From positions 2,480,001-2,544,000 of the forward strand of contig CATNEN010000012.1 of NCBI GenBank assembly GCA_950097015.1: a DNA stretch of 64,000 nt, written 5' to 3'. Of the stretch, positions 27,673 to 40,018 are shown in pieces. The notes under the pieces were generated by a model. The model saw only the letters and a program-made list of their open reading frames with translations. It did no database searches and had not been told where the DNA came from. The position numbers and the translations under genes were made by a program. The first letter of the stretch is position 1. Each line of letters opens with the position of its first letter. The stretch comes from Macrostomum hystrix (taxonomy: Eukaryota; Animalia; Platyhelminthes).

Positions 27673-28363
27673 TCAGCAGCAGCAGCTGTTGCAGCAGGCT
27701 CAGCATGAAAATGGCGCTTCACACGAGCTTCGGGTGTGCGACAGAGACGACGCTGCAGCCACCGCTGCAGCAGCCGCCGCTACAGCAGCTGCCGTTAGTT
27801 TTTGCGGTACACTGATGCCGCAGCACAGTCAGCAGTCAACGGCTGTGTCACCTGAATTAGTCTCTGGGCCGCCTTGCATTGAGCCTTCATGCTACAGCGC
27901 TGCCTCGTGGCGTGAGTTATGCATCCGATCTTTGTCTGCTCTCACTGCAGTCTTTGTCCGCTCTCACTGCAGTCTTTGACCGCTCTCACTGCAGTCTTTG
28001 TCCGCTCTCACTGCAGTCTTTGACCGCTCTCACTGCAGTCCTTTTCCGCTCTCACTGCAGTCTTTGTCCGCTCTCACTGCAGTCTTTGTCCGCTCTCACT
28101 GCAGTCTTTTTCGGCTTTCACTGCAGTCTTGCCCGCCTCATGCATAAGTAAGCATAAAACCCGTCCTTATTTTAGACATGGCCCAGCAACAGTACATGCC
28201 GCACAACGCTGCTCAGACTCAGTACTCAGGTCTCCAGCCGATTGAGCCGCACATTCACAATCAGCAGCAGCAGCAGCAGCAGCATCAGCAGCAGCAGCAG
28301 CAGCACTACGGAGTCTGGCGTCCAACATACGCGCAGTCGTTTGTCTATTCCTATCCAGTCTAA
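22443..28363 (+). CDS. dmrt: Doublesex/mab-3-related (Dmrt) transcription factor with two DM domains and polyQ tracts (5 exons, about 459 aa)
   Basis: Exons 22443-22504 (donor GTAAGT, phase 2), 25494-25792 (alternative in-phase acceptor at 24891), 26115-26576, 27543-27911 and 28176-28363; total 1380 nt, frame closes. DM1 is CRKCKSHGFSISVKGHKRHCSFKVCKCPKC and DM2 is CRRCRNHGKTVLWKGHKKRCPHAVCICDSC; both fit C-x2-C-x2-H-x8-H-x3-C-x4-C-x-C-x2-C. AATAAA near 28645. Exon 1 is inferred from splice signals and phase only. Confidence 0.85.
22515..23860. repeat. 35-bp minisatellite (GGGAGCGGATTGTAATCAGGGTTGTCCGGCCAGTT) in Dmrt intron 1
   Basis: Degenerate at the 5' end, then homogeneous; contains an exact 210-bp duplication (the identical ORFs at 22942 and 23152). 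Confidence 0.96.
24970..25480. repeat. 43-bp minisatellite, array 1 (AGTGCGGAGCCTCCGCCATCCACAGCGCCACTTTCCGACCCCC)
   Basis: About 12 units immediately upstream of the DM1 exon acceptor. Confidence 0.95.
26608..27405. repeat. 43-bp minisatellite, array 2 (same family and orientation as array 1), Dmrt intron 3
   Basis: About 18 units starting about 30 nt after the exon 3 donor. Confidence 0.95.
27935..28130. repeat. 22-bp minisatellite (CTCTCACTGCAGTCTTTGTCCG) in Dmrt intron 4
   Basis: About 8 units. Confidence 0.9.
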
Positions 28364-31221
28364 CAGTGTGTTAGGAGTTGACACATTTTGCAGAAAAAGC
28401 AAAAGTTACGTCATCAGCTTAAGATTTTGTAAAGTCCTGATGGCTATAATTAGCAAGCAACTAATAAGAGATGGGCAGGTTTGGGTTGTATAGGAGCTTG
28501 CACCAATAATCTATCGCTTTATCAATGGCTATTTTTCTCTGCCTGTTGCATGCACAAACCAATAGAATTTTAAGCAAAACAGCAAGACTCATACAGTTCT
28601 GTATATTCCTCGCAACCAAGTATTTCCTTTTGCATTCAATACTAATAAATCATTTTCAATGCTGGCTTGTTTATTTATAATCTGCACAATTATTTTTTAA
28701 AAACATTTATCGTGGACCCCACATTTTGCGGCTAGCAAATATGACTAGCTCGATTTCGTAGGTGAGAGAATACCCAAAGTAATTTCTGCTCATTTAATAC
28801 TTATACGTGGCTAATGATTTATCCCAGCTATCAGCAATAGCGCTTCAAATGTACCTGCAATTGTTGCACTTGCTTTAATTAAACATGAGTAGTTTTCTTA
28901 GACTGACCAATATTTCTATGATGAGGAAACAGTAGGATTAACGGTCGCAGACTGTGCGCAACACATTTAGTTCAAATCGTTCCAAAAATCAATTTCGCTA
29001 ATTCCAATAAGTATTTTTGCTGACTTTTGTGCTTTGATCACTCATGAGCAGAAAGCTTGAAAGTGAGTTCATGTTGTTTTTGTTTTACTTTTTTTCTGTG
29101 ACTCGTTACTTATCAAACACACACTTGAGTAATTCAGCTATTCAGCAAACAGCATAAATGCAATTAGAAATGTTGTAGTATATTGTACTATGCACATGCC
29201 CAGCGCAATGATCAATGACCAATATCAATGATCAGTCCGTATTCGAACTAATACATTGTACCTACTGCTAAATGTGTTCTGTTGTCTTTTATTCGTTCCA
29301 CAACTGTGGTATAGTTATAGTTTATATAGTATGTATAAATAACTTCATACAAGCAAAACTATATTCGATAAACTACTGTATTGTGAATGCTTCGCGCACC
29401 TTTTTTTGTACAATTTATGTACAATTTGCTTACTAATTAATGATAAGCTGAAATTTATGTGGTGAAAAAAATTATTTTTTTTCATGCAATACATACTCTA
29501 TGAGTTCATATACAGCCATAAACAAACTTTTAAAGCCTTATAAGACTTCGTATTAAGTACAAAGTATAAGCCGGAAAAATTATGTGGACTAACGGGCAAT
29601 TGATACTTGTTTTAACATGTTCTATTACGAACTCTATCCATTCGCTAAAAAAGTAATATGAACAATTTCCTACTAGTTTTATACATTTAGATCCTCTGAT
29701 ATTAAAATAAATAAATAGTTTTTGCCAAGAAAATCTACAGAAGAGATTTTACTTCGGGATTTTCAGATTCGCTGCATGAGTCTCTGCTAATGTTTAGTTA
29801 AGGTTGTATAAACTTACATATTACTCAAATGAAAGTACTTGCAACCGAAGTGTTAGTTATTAATTAAAAATAGTTTTTTACTGTATTTATGTTTTCATAC
29901 GTGTTTATGTACGGAAAAGGTTTACAGATAATTACGATGCTTTTTCCGTGTTTATTAAGGCAATAACTTGGCAAAACAAAATACCACAAAACCAAAAAAA
30001 CTAAAATACAAAAACGGGCGGAAAAAATGTTAAAGCAAGTTATAAATTATATAATATTTTTACAGTAAACAAAAAGTATTCTATGATTCTGCTCTTTTCT
30101 CACTGTTGCCAACCGCTGTATCTACAAATTAAACAAGTGTTTCAAATAATGTGCGTCTTCATATTATTGCCAACACAGCTTGATAATCAGGTTTGTGGTA
30201 TACATTTTGAAGCTTGCGAATTTGGTGCTTAAGTTCAATTTATTATGTTGTATTCGGCTTTTATAAAAATTCTATATAGATAGTTAGGTATTTAGTATCT
30301 ATTACAAGATCTGAATTGAAATATGTATGGTAAGTCGTAAAAATTAGTTTGAACTTAAAATAAAGAAACGTTAATTAGAATGCTATTACATTGTAATCAT
30401 TATAATTTTTACCATATATTTATATATATATTTGGTTAAATTGCAGAATGTGAGTACATTTTTTAGTAATATTCCAAGCTTATTTCAAGGTTCCATGGCA
30501 GAAAGAGTTATTGATTTTGTGCATTCAAGAAATCGTCAAGAAGTTCTCTCGTGAAAGATTTACAAAATGTGGTTGATTGGCTAATGAGAAATAATAATTT
30601 TTCCCAGATATTAAATAAACAATCAAACGACTCTTTTTCATAGAAAATTGTGAAGTAAAATTGTTAAAAGGAATTGTTGAAGGTAATATTTATTATAAGA
30701 CTGGTTTGTTGATGCTGCTAAAGTAGCTCGTATATTGGAGTTTTTATGACCCATAGTTTGCATTCAAACTATTGACCAGGGCACTCTTAGCAATTTTCTA
30801 ATGTATATTCATATTTGCTTGAGATATGAAAAAGTATTATAAAAAGATTTCCTATATAGAAAATAGAATGTAGATATAAGTGATACGATCTATTGCTACA
30901 TTATTTTCATATAACTATTAGCTTCATAATTTTTACCTATCTTAACTATTTGACTTTTAAATCGTTTTTTACTATTCTGTTTAACATAAATATGTTTATC
31001 TTCATAACTAAGCAATACATACTTTGTCTTCTAAAGAAACATTCGCGCACGATTTGACAATGTCTTGACTGTTATATAAAAAATTACATCCAATTGATTA
31101 TTTTTTCTGGAGCGCTCAATGAGGCAAATATTATTGAGTACACGCAGTTTGGTGAAGTAAATTCGTTGGGCTTTTTGTTGAACATTTTCCAGCTAAAGCA
31201 GCCAAGCAGCCAAGCCTGACA

Positions 31222-34200
31222 ATGTCAATCGCCGGTGTACAGCTGAGGCACGCATTCGGCCTGCGCATCGGAGTGGCTGGCAACATCTACTTCGTGGACG
31301 AGCAGACGGTGGTGTATCCGTGCGGTAACAACATTGTGCTACACAATGTCGACCAGAAGACGCAGCGTTTTATTCCGCTGTCCGAGAAGTGCGTCGGCAT
31401 TACGGCGATGGCTGTTTCACCTAATCGCCGTTTTGTTGCCGTCGCGGAAGCCGCCAGGGGCGAAGAGAAGCCGCTAATCCACGTCTACGACGTCCAGACC
31501 ACTAAGAAGAAGAAGACGGTGAGCTCCGCCGAGGTGACCGCCGGTGATTACGTCAGCGTGGCCTTCTCACCGGACTCGAAATACCTGGCCGGGCAGTCGA
31601 GCAAGCCGGACTACCAGCTGGTGTACTGGAGCTGGGAGAAGAACAAACAGCTTGCCATTGTTAAGTCGCTAAATGTGCAGGTAACACCGCACGCTTCAGT
31701 GAATCAGGTGAGCTCAGCTCAGGTTCAATTTGATGTCTGATGCGCAATCGTGACAATGAGGCCAAAGTCTGTGAAAAAATTGGGAAATCTTTTCTTTTTA
31801 GATCGCTTTCAACCCACAAGACAGCACCCAGGTCTCAGTGGTGGGCAACGGCACCTTTAAGCTGTACCGCTACTCAGAGAACAATCTGAAACAGTTCGCC
31901 GTCTCAAAAACCGAGCCGCAGAATTTCATCAGCCACTGCTGGGTGTCGGACGAGAGGATTATCGCCGGCACGGACTCCGGCAAGTGGGTGCTGATGGAAA
32001 ACGGCGAGCAGCGCGCTGAGTTCACCATGGCCGAGCCGGCCGGCGAATCCGGCGACGCCGATCTGAACGCCGCAATGGCCAACCAGGCGCACTCGATCGC
32101 AGCCTACTCGAAGGGCTTCGCCGTCTCATGCGGAGCTGGCCGGGTGCATCTGTTTGAGCGCACCGAGGACGCCAAAGAGTATTACAAGAAAGCCAGGGAA
32201 ATCAGGGTAGGAGGATTAACGATGCCGGATTTATGTTAATATGTTAATAAAAATTTCAAGTGAACTATTTACGAGCGTAGCCTCAATAGGTTAGCTCTAA
32301 ATCGAAAGATATTTCCTAGCCCCCCATGAGATGGATTTTCTGAGGACTTTCCTATCCTTTTCAGCCGCGGTAAAGTACATTGACCCAAAACCTAAACACC
32401 CAGCGCCTTGAATGTACATTCAGATATATTTCTTTTTACTAAAACCGGGTCTCCGGAATCTAGTTAACACGGAGCCCCTTAACACGGAGCCCCTTAACAC
32501 GGAGCCCCTTAACACAGAGCCCCTTAACACAGAGCCCCTTAACACAGAGCCCCGTAATGCAGAGCCCCTTAACAGAGAGCCCCTTAACAGAGAGCCCCTT
32601 AACACAGAGCCCCTTAACACCGGGGCCCCTTAACGCAGAGCACCTCAACACAGAGCCCTTCAGCACTGAGCCCCTTAACACAGAGATCCTTAACACAGAG
32701 CCCCTTAACACAGAGCCCCTTAACACAGAGCCCCTTAACACCGGGGCCCCTTAACGCAGAGCACCTCAACACAGAGCCCTTCAGCACTGAGCCCCTTAAC
32801 ACAGAGATCCTTAACACAGAGCCCCTTAACACAGAGCCCCTTAACATAGAGCCCCTTAACAGAGAGCCCTTAACAGAGAGCCCCTTAACAGAGAGCCCCT
32901 TAACAGAGAGCCCCTTAACACAGAGCCCCTTAACACCGGGGCCCCTTAACGCAGAGCACCTCAACACAGAGCCCTTCAGCACTGAGCCCCTTAACACAGA
33001 GATCCTTAACACAGAGCCCCTTAACACAGAGCCCCTTAACAGAGAGCCCTTAACAGAGAGCCCCTTAACAGAGAGCCCTTAACAGAGAGCCCCTTAACAG
33101 AGAGCCCCTTAACAGAGAGCCCCTTAACACAGAGCCCCTTAACACCGGGGCCCCTTTACGCAGAGCACCTCAACACAGAGCCCTTCAGCACTGAGCCCCT
33201 TAACACAGAGATCCTTAACACAGAGCCCCTTAACACAGAGCCCCTTAACACAGAGCCCCTTAACATAGAGCCCCTTAACAGAGAGCCCTAAACAGAGCGC
33301 TCCTTAATACAGAGCCCTCAACACAGAGCCCTTAACACGAAGCCCCTTAACACGGAGCCCTTTAACACAGAGCCCCTTAACACAGAGCCCCGTAATGCAG
33401 AGCCCCTTAACAGAGAGCCCCTTAACAGAGAGCCCCTTAACAGAGAGCCCATTAACACAGAGCCCCTTAACACCGGGGCCCCTTTACGCAGAGCACCTCA
33501 ACACAGAGCCCTTCAGCACTGAGCCCCTTAACACAGAGATCCTTAACACAGAGCCCCTTAACACAGAGCCCCTTAACATAGAGCCCCTGAACAGAGAGCC
33601 CCTTAACAGAGAGCCCTTAACAGAGCCCTCAACACAGAGCCCCTTAACACAGAGCCCCTTGATGCAGAGCCCCTTAACACACCGAACAATAAAAAAGCGT
33701 TGAAGCATTTCTCCTGAACCCCAGATTCCGGCAGATCCGTTCAGCGCCGACCCGTCAGTATCTGAGCAGCAGATCATCATCCAGCTGAGCATCAGCCCCT
33801 CCGAGGAGACGCTGGTGGCGGCCACTGACCGAGCCCAAATCTATCAGATCTCACTGGCCTCGTCGGAGCTGGGAAAGGTTTGAGCAAAATTTTGATTACT
33901 CCAAAAAAACTTTCAAAAAGTAATTATCAAAATTTCGAACTCGCTCAGGGCGGAGACTATGCTCAGTTCGAGTTGCTGTCGCACAGTTTCCACAGTAGCC
34001 AGGTGCTCGGGTTGGACGTGTGCTCGCGCAAGCCGCTAATTGCTACCTGCTCAGTGGATCGCTCTGTTCGCGTCTGGAACTTCGAGACCAAGTGAGCTGA
34101 CTTGGATGCAGATCAATTTTTAATATCCTTTCAATTAGGAGCTAAGCTTGAATTAGTGGGGGATAGCTTATGGTCCAGCTTGTGAAAAATCCACGGCCCC

Positions 34201-37200
34201 TGCCACCTGCGACCTCCCGCAGCCAATGCGAACTGTACAAGGAGTTCGCCGAGGAAGCCTACAGCGTGGCGCTGCATCCTTCAGGCCTTTTCTTGCTGGT
34301 TGGCTTCAGCGACAAGCTTCGCCTCATGAACTTGCTGATCGACGACATTCGCACCTTCAAGGAGTTCACAATCAGAGGCTGTCGAGAGGTGAGCTGCTGC
34401 TTTTACTCATAGTTTTATCACAGTCTCCGAGTGTAACCAAGCGAATCTCCTACACAAACCGCCACCAGTGCGCCTTCAGCAACGGTGGTCACCTGTTCGC
34501 GGCGGTGCACGGCAACATCATCCAGGTGTTCTCCACCATCAGCTTCGAGAATGTCGGCAACTTCAAGGGGCACAACGGCAAGATCAAGGGCCTTGTCTGG
34601 TCCCAAGACGACAGCAAGCTGGTGTCCTGCGGCATGGACGGCGCTGTCTACGAATGGGAGGTGGCCACTGGCAAGCGACTTCGCGAGCACGTTCTCAAAA
34701 CTTGCAGCTACACCGGCGTCGCAGCCACCGCAGACGTGAAGACAACCTACGCTGTTGGCAGCGACGGCAAGCTGAAGGAGATCACGGACGACGAGCCGAT
34801 GCCGGCGATCGACGCCGGAGAAGCCGAGTTCACATCTCTGGCGATGTCCAACTCGGGCCGGATGATGTTTGCGGGCACCAAGGCCGGCTCCATCCGGGCC
34901 ATCAAGTTTCCCTTCACGGCTGCCTCGGTTGGCGGTGGCGCCGGCTCCGACTGGCAGGAGGTGGCCGCCCACAGCGCCGGGGTGAACAAGATGCGCGTGG
35001 TCTGCACCGACGAGTGCATGGTCACCGTTGGCGACGACGGCTGCGTTTTTATTTGGAAGGTGACGGACAAGGAAGGCCGCGGTCTGAAGCGGGACAAAGA
35101 GACCGGCTGGGCCGAGGAGATCCTCATCACCAAGTCCGACCTGGAGGAGAAGAACGCCCTGACCGCCGAGCTCAATCAGCGCGTGGAGGAGCTGAAGATC
35201 GGCAACGAGTACCAGCTGCGCATGAAGGACATGAACTACAACGACAAAATCAAGGAGCTCACCGAGAAGTTCATCCAGGAGATGGAGTCGCTCAAGACCA
35301 AGAATCAGGTGCTAAAGACAGAGAAGGACAAGGAGGAGGCCAAGCACGAGGAGCAGCTTCAGGAGGTGATGGAGAAGCATAGCAAGGAGGTTCAGGACAT
35401 GGAAGCGGCCAACAACCAGAAGCTGATGATGGAGTACGAAAAGTACCAGGAGCTGCAGTCCAAGTCGCAGAAGATGCAGGAGGACTACGAGCGGCAGCTT
35501 CAGGAGATGGAAGAGGCGCGCCAGAAGTCCGAGGAGGAGATCACCGAGAAGTTCGAGGAGCGCATTCGTCAGTTGGACGAGAAGATCGAGGAGCTGGAGA
35601 GCCAGATTCATCAGCAGACTGAGGAGTACGAGGAGACCAAGAAGCTGATCGAAGAGGACGCGGATCGTGAGATTCTCGACTCCAAGATCAAATACGAGAA
35701 GCGGCTACGCGAGGAGAAGGAGTCCAACACCAAGCTGAAGAGCGAGTCGGGCATCATGAAGAAGAAGTTTACTTCGCTGCAGAAAGAGATCGACGACCAC
35801 AAGGACGAGATCAAGAAGCTGCAGACTGAGAACCAGAAGCTCAACAATGTCATCCGCAACCTGCAGAAGGACATCGACGGCCTGAAGAAGGAGATCCAGG
35901 AGCGCGATGAGACCATTCAGGACAAAGAGAAGCGAATCTACGATTTGAAGAAGAAGAATCAAGAGCTGGAGAAGTTCAAGTTTGTGCTGGACTACAAGAT
36001 CAAGGAGCTGAAGAAGCAGATTGAGCCCCGTGAGCAGGACATCAAGAACTACAAGGAGCAGATCCAGGAGATGGAGTCCGAGCTTGAGCGCTTCCACAAG
36101 CAGAACACGCAGCTGGAGCTCAACATCAGCGAGATGCGAGACAAGCTCAAGGCGGTGGAGAACGATTTGAAGAATGAGAAGACTGAGAAGTTCCGGGTTG
36201 AGGCGGCGGTGAGGCGGTTCAAGACCGATCTGCACAACTGCGTCAACTTCATCCAGGAGCCGAAGCAGCTCAAAGAGAGCATCACGACAATGTATAAGAA
36301 GCACGTTAGGGACGATGATATGGTAAGAATGCTTACTTGATACGATCGTAGTTTTCTAATAAATCTACGAGTATTTTTAGCTTGTAAAATTACAAAGATA
36401 GCTCGTAGTTAAAAAAAGACAAACACGTAAAACACGCATTTTCTTAAAATGTCCACAGGCCAGCGAGGCTAACATGGATGCCGACATCCAGAAGGAGTTC
36501 GCTAGACAACGAGAGCACTTGGAACGGTCGGTGGCCTCGCTAAGAAAGAAGCTCGCCAAAGAGAACGACATTCACAGAGCTGACTACGTGCGCATCATGC
36601 AGGTCAGTGAGACTCTATGTTCAACAGCGATTTAGTTCAGGTGTGAGGTGGCTAGGGAATGAGGTGGCTGGGAAGTGAGGTGGCTGTGGAGTGAGTTGGC
36701 TGGGGAGTGAGGTGGCTGGGGAGTGAGGTGGCTGGGAAATGAGGTGGCTGGGGAGTGAGGTGGCTGGGGAGTGAGGTGGCTGAGGAGTGAGGTGGCTGGG
36801 AAATGAGGTGGCTGGGAAATGAGGTGGCTGGGGAGTGAGGTGGCTGGGGAGTGAGGTGGCTGGGAAATGAGGTGGCTGGGAAATGAGATGGCTGGGAAAT
36901 GAGGTGGCTGGGGAGTGAGGTTTCTGGGCATGAAAAGTTTTTAATATATTTCTTGGCACATTCTAGGAGAACGTGTCTCTGATCAAGGAGATAAACGATC
37001 TGCGGCGCGACCTAAAGAAGTCTCGCACCCAGATCCACGATCTGGAGGCTGCGGTCGGCCTGCATCGGAAGAACAACGACCAGGCCAAGCAGCTGGTCGC
37101 CATGGTGACGTCTAACAAGTCTAATCCGGTGCTGGAGAAGGACATGGAGGAGAAGGAGCGCACGATTGAGACCCAGCGTCTCCTCATTCAGCAGTTGCGC

Positions 37201-37275
37201 GCCCAGATTCACGAGATGGAGAGCCGACCGCTGTCGGCGGGCAAGCAGCAGCTACCGCCGCTGGTGCAAAGCTGA
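31222..37275 (+). CDS. CFAP57: Cilia- and flagella-associated protein 57 (WDR65), WD40 repeats + long coiled coil (8 exons, about 1219 aa)
   Basis: Exons 31222-31707, 31802-32206, 33725-33877, 33949-34091, 34223-34388, 34469-36322, 36459-36602 and 36967-37275; all GT-AG with consistent phases, total 3660 nt. Recognisable motifs: [93 protein letters not shown]. Confidence 0.95.
32465..33680. repeat. 15-bp minisatellite (CAGAGCCCCTTAACA) with higher-order blocks, CFAP57 intron 2
   Basis: The variant block CCGGGGCCCC...GCAGAGCACCTCAACAC...GATCC recurs near 32620, 32742, 32936, 33144 and 33474. Confidence 0.95.
36645..36920. repeat. 16-bp G-rich minisatellite (GAGGTGGCTGGGGAGT / GAGGTGGCTGGGAAAT), CFAP57 intron 7
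   Basis: About 17 units. Confidence 0.93.
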
Positions 37276-38189
37276 GCTGCTTCACAGCACAGGCTGGAAG
37301 CGAGTTGGGCCATAGACTGCAAGGTTCTTGCTCGTCTCTGTTTAAGAATCCTTTATAGTAAATAAGCTGACTTTGCTTTTTCATTGTAATTTTGAATTTG
37401 AATATTAGCTAAAAATCTATAGGTATTGTAAGTACAATACCAATTGAATTAAAAAATGTTACGCAACACTTTTCAGCTCTGGGTTGAGGGACAAGATAAG
37501 GGACCTTGTCCTTTGCCTCAATTAAGGTTGGCTGGAAAATATTTTTTATGCTTCGCTATCATTCAGTTCTGTTGAAGAGAATTTTAATGCAGAACAACTT
37601 AACTGATGATGAATTTCTTTCATGTTAACTATAATATAAATCTCTCTACCGTTTAATATATTTTCTAGCAGCTGTCATAGGTTTTTAGAAAGCTTAAACT
37701 ACAGGTAAGAATCTCTCAAATGTACTTTAAAAGCTGCCTTGGTTGCAGCTTTATTTTTATTACATTTTTTGTTTGAAAAATACAATTGGGTTTTTAATAT
37801 TGTGTTTCTGAGAAACTGATGCCTATCTTACGCTACTCATAAAAGAAATTTTCTATGTTAATAGTTTAAATAACTTTTCTATTAATTGTGTACACGAACT
37901 TTTAAGCAGTAAAATTACTACTGTGATAATTTAATTCCATCTAAAATATAGAAGAGATGAAAAGAATGAGTTTGTCTATTTGTCTAAATAGGTACTGCAA
38001 CCCACGAAATATTAAAATGTGTCAAATTATTACTACTTTTTCTGGGGCATACATAATACTGACCATGTTAGTGAGTAGCATGTGGCGAAATGAACTTTCT
38101 AAGATTCGAAATTGATATATGTAATGGTATATCTGGGTGGAAGAAATATTATCTCTTTATCATTCAGTCATCTGATTGGTCAACAACTT

Positions 38190-38256
38190 TCAGTGTTTTG
38201 ATTGGTCATTAGCTCTCAGTGTTTTGATTGGTCATCAGCTTTCAGTGTTTTGACTG
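38190..38256. repeat. 26-bp satellite, left remnant split off by the retrotransposon insertion
   Basis: About 2.5 units identical in family to 42894-46410. Confidence 0.9.
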
Positions 38257-38945
38257 TAAACACCACACTCCCAGACACGAAGGCAGACAGAGACAGCAGT
38301 TGCGACATAGCAGAGAGCGAACGAGGGAAGGGCACCGTCTATGGCCCACATGCAATATATTTGCTGATAAATTGTTTCGAAGAAAATAATTAAAACGGCG
38401 AAGAAAGCAAAAAGCACAGAAAAGCAAGAAAAAGGAAGCCAGGAAAAGGCAAAAAAGAAAATTTCACACCACGCAGCGCGAAGAGACAAGGCTGGGCAGC
38501 ACGCGGGCGCCGGCTGAAATACGACCCAGCACAAGGCGGAGGGGTGGGTGTCTGAGGTGGGTGTTTACAACCAATCAGCGAACACCGATTGGACACTAAA
38601 CACCACACTCCCAGACACGAAGGCAGACAGAGACAGCAGTTGCGACATAGCAGAGAGCGAACGAGGGAAGGGCACCGTCTATGGCCCAAACCCAAAAAAA
38701 AGAAGAGGAAGGAGGGAGGCACGCAACACGAAAAGCAAAAGAGGGTGACACCGGTACGCACTTAAAACTGAGCTAAAACATAAAACACAAAATGGTTGAA
38801 AGTGTAAAAAAAGTTACAGCAAGACCAGCGAGCATAGCAAACGACAACTAAACGCGAAAGCAAAAATACAGAAGGCAGAAGCACTTGGTCCACAGCGAGT
38901 ACAAAGAAGGAGGTCACAAAGAATATTTCAGCGACACACCAAGGG

Positions 38946-39983
38946 TCAAACGCACGCTGATAGCTTTTGAGCAGCGGCCAGTTGCAGGTCGAGGCCCGAC
39001 TCCAACCCAAGGTACGCCTCCACCGCCGAGCTCCGCCAGTCTCCCAGCGCCTTGACGACGGGCAGCGGGATGCCTTCCCGAAAGGCTAGGGAGGCACCAC
39101 CGCGACGAAGGCTGTGTGGCGAGAGCGATAGACCTCCCAGGCCGGCGAGGTTGACTGCGCGGCGAAACAGGCGGTAGAACCGGGTGGCGGTCATTGGCAC
39201 GAGACCACCGCAATGGCGGAAAGCGAAGAGATGGGCTGAAGCAGGGACGGGCTGGTTGGCGTGCAGGTGGTGTCGCAGCGCTGCCACCGGACAGAGCGGG
39301 TGCTGCGCCTCGCGTCGAAGGCGTGGCAGGACTACGCGGTGCACTCGCTCGCGGAACTGGTTGGTCTTGGACTTGCGGACATGCAGGATTGCCAGGTCCG
39401 AGCCCAGCCGTAGGTCTTCAACGATGATGGCCTCTCCCGGTGGCGGCATTGGGGTCGGGCAACACAGGTTTGCGCGCCGCAGCAGGCCCCAGAATCCGAC
39501 CAGTACAGCCGCCCAGAAGGCTGCGTCCTCCGGAATATGCAGCTGCAGTACTCCCCGCAGTTTGAGCAGGTGGTTTGGCTTGATTGGAGCCTTGCGCGCG
39601 GGTGGCTTGGCCAGCTTGCGTCGCACGCCGCGGAGGAGCAGGTCGATGCGAGGGTCGCTTGGGAGGCCGCGGCCAGTCTGCAGCTTGCAGTACAGGTGGG
39701 CGGCGTTAAGGTATGCACCGATGCTGGCATGCGATGTGAGGCGGTCAGCCAGCACGATGACGTAGTGCGCGATCTGCTGTGCTGACGGTCTGGTGCTGTC
39801 GATGCGCGTTCGCTTACAGAAGCGTTGCCAGGAGGCAATTTGGCAGCGGTAGGAGCGCGCTGTGGTGCCTGCGAAGGCCAGGCTGCAGAGCTCTTGGTAG
39901 CGGCGGCTGAGGTGCGAACCCGGGACCGTAGGCGAGCGATCTGCAAAGAAAGGAATTGGCGGGAGGCGGACGAAAGGGTGTGC
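38946..39983 (-). CDS. Tyrosine recombinase (integrase) of the retrotransposon
   Basis: The frame is open from 39983 (after TGA at 39986-39984) to the stop at 38946. N-terminal SLAFAGTTARSYRCQIASWQRFCKR. Catalytic set: R (GLLRRANL), K (RKSKTNQ), HSLRRG, GDW, Y (AVEAY). No ATG before the catalytic core. Confidence 0.93.
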   Translation of the reverse strand, partial: AHPFVRLPPIPFFADRSPTVPGSHLSRRYQELCSLAFAGTTARSYRCQIASWQRFCKRTRIDSTRPSAQQIAHYVIVLADRLTSHASIGAYLNAAHLYCKLQTGRGLPSDPRIDLLLRGVRRKLAKPPARKAPIKPNHLLKLRGVLQLHIPEDAAFWAAVLVGFWGLLRRANLCCPTPMPPPGEAIIVEDLRLGSDLAILHVRKSKTNQFRERVHRVVLPRLRREAQHPLCPVAALRHHLHANQPVPASAHLFAFRHCGGLVPMTATRFYRLFRRAVNLAGLGGLSLSPHSLRRGGASLAFREGIPLPVVKALGDWRSSAVEAYLGLESGLDLQLAAAQKLSACV

Positions 39984-40018
39984 TCATGAAGGTTGTCAGT
40001 TTTAATGTCCACTGTGCC

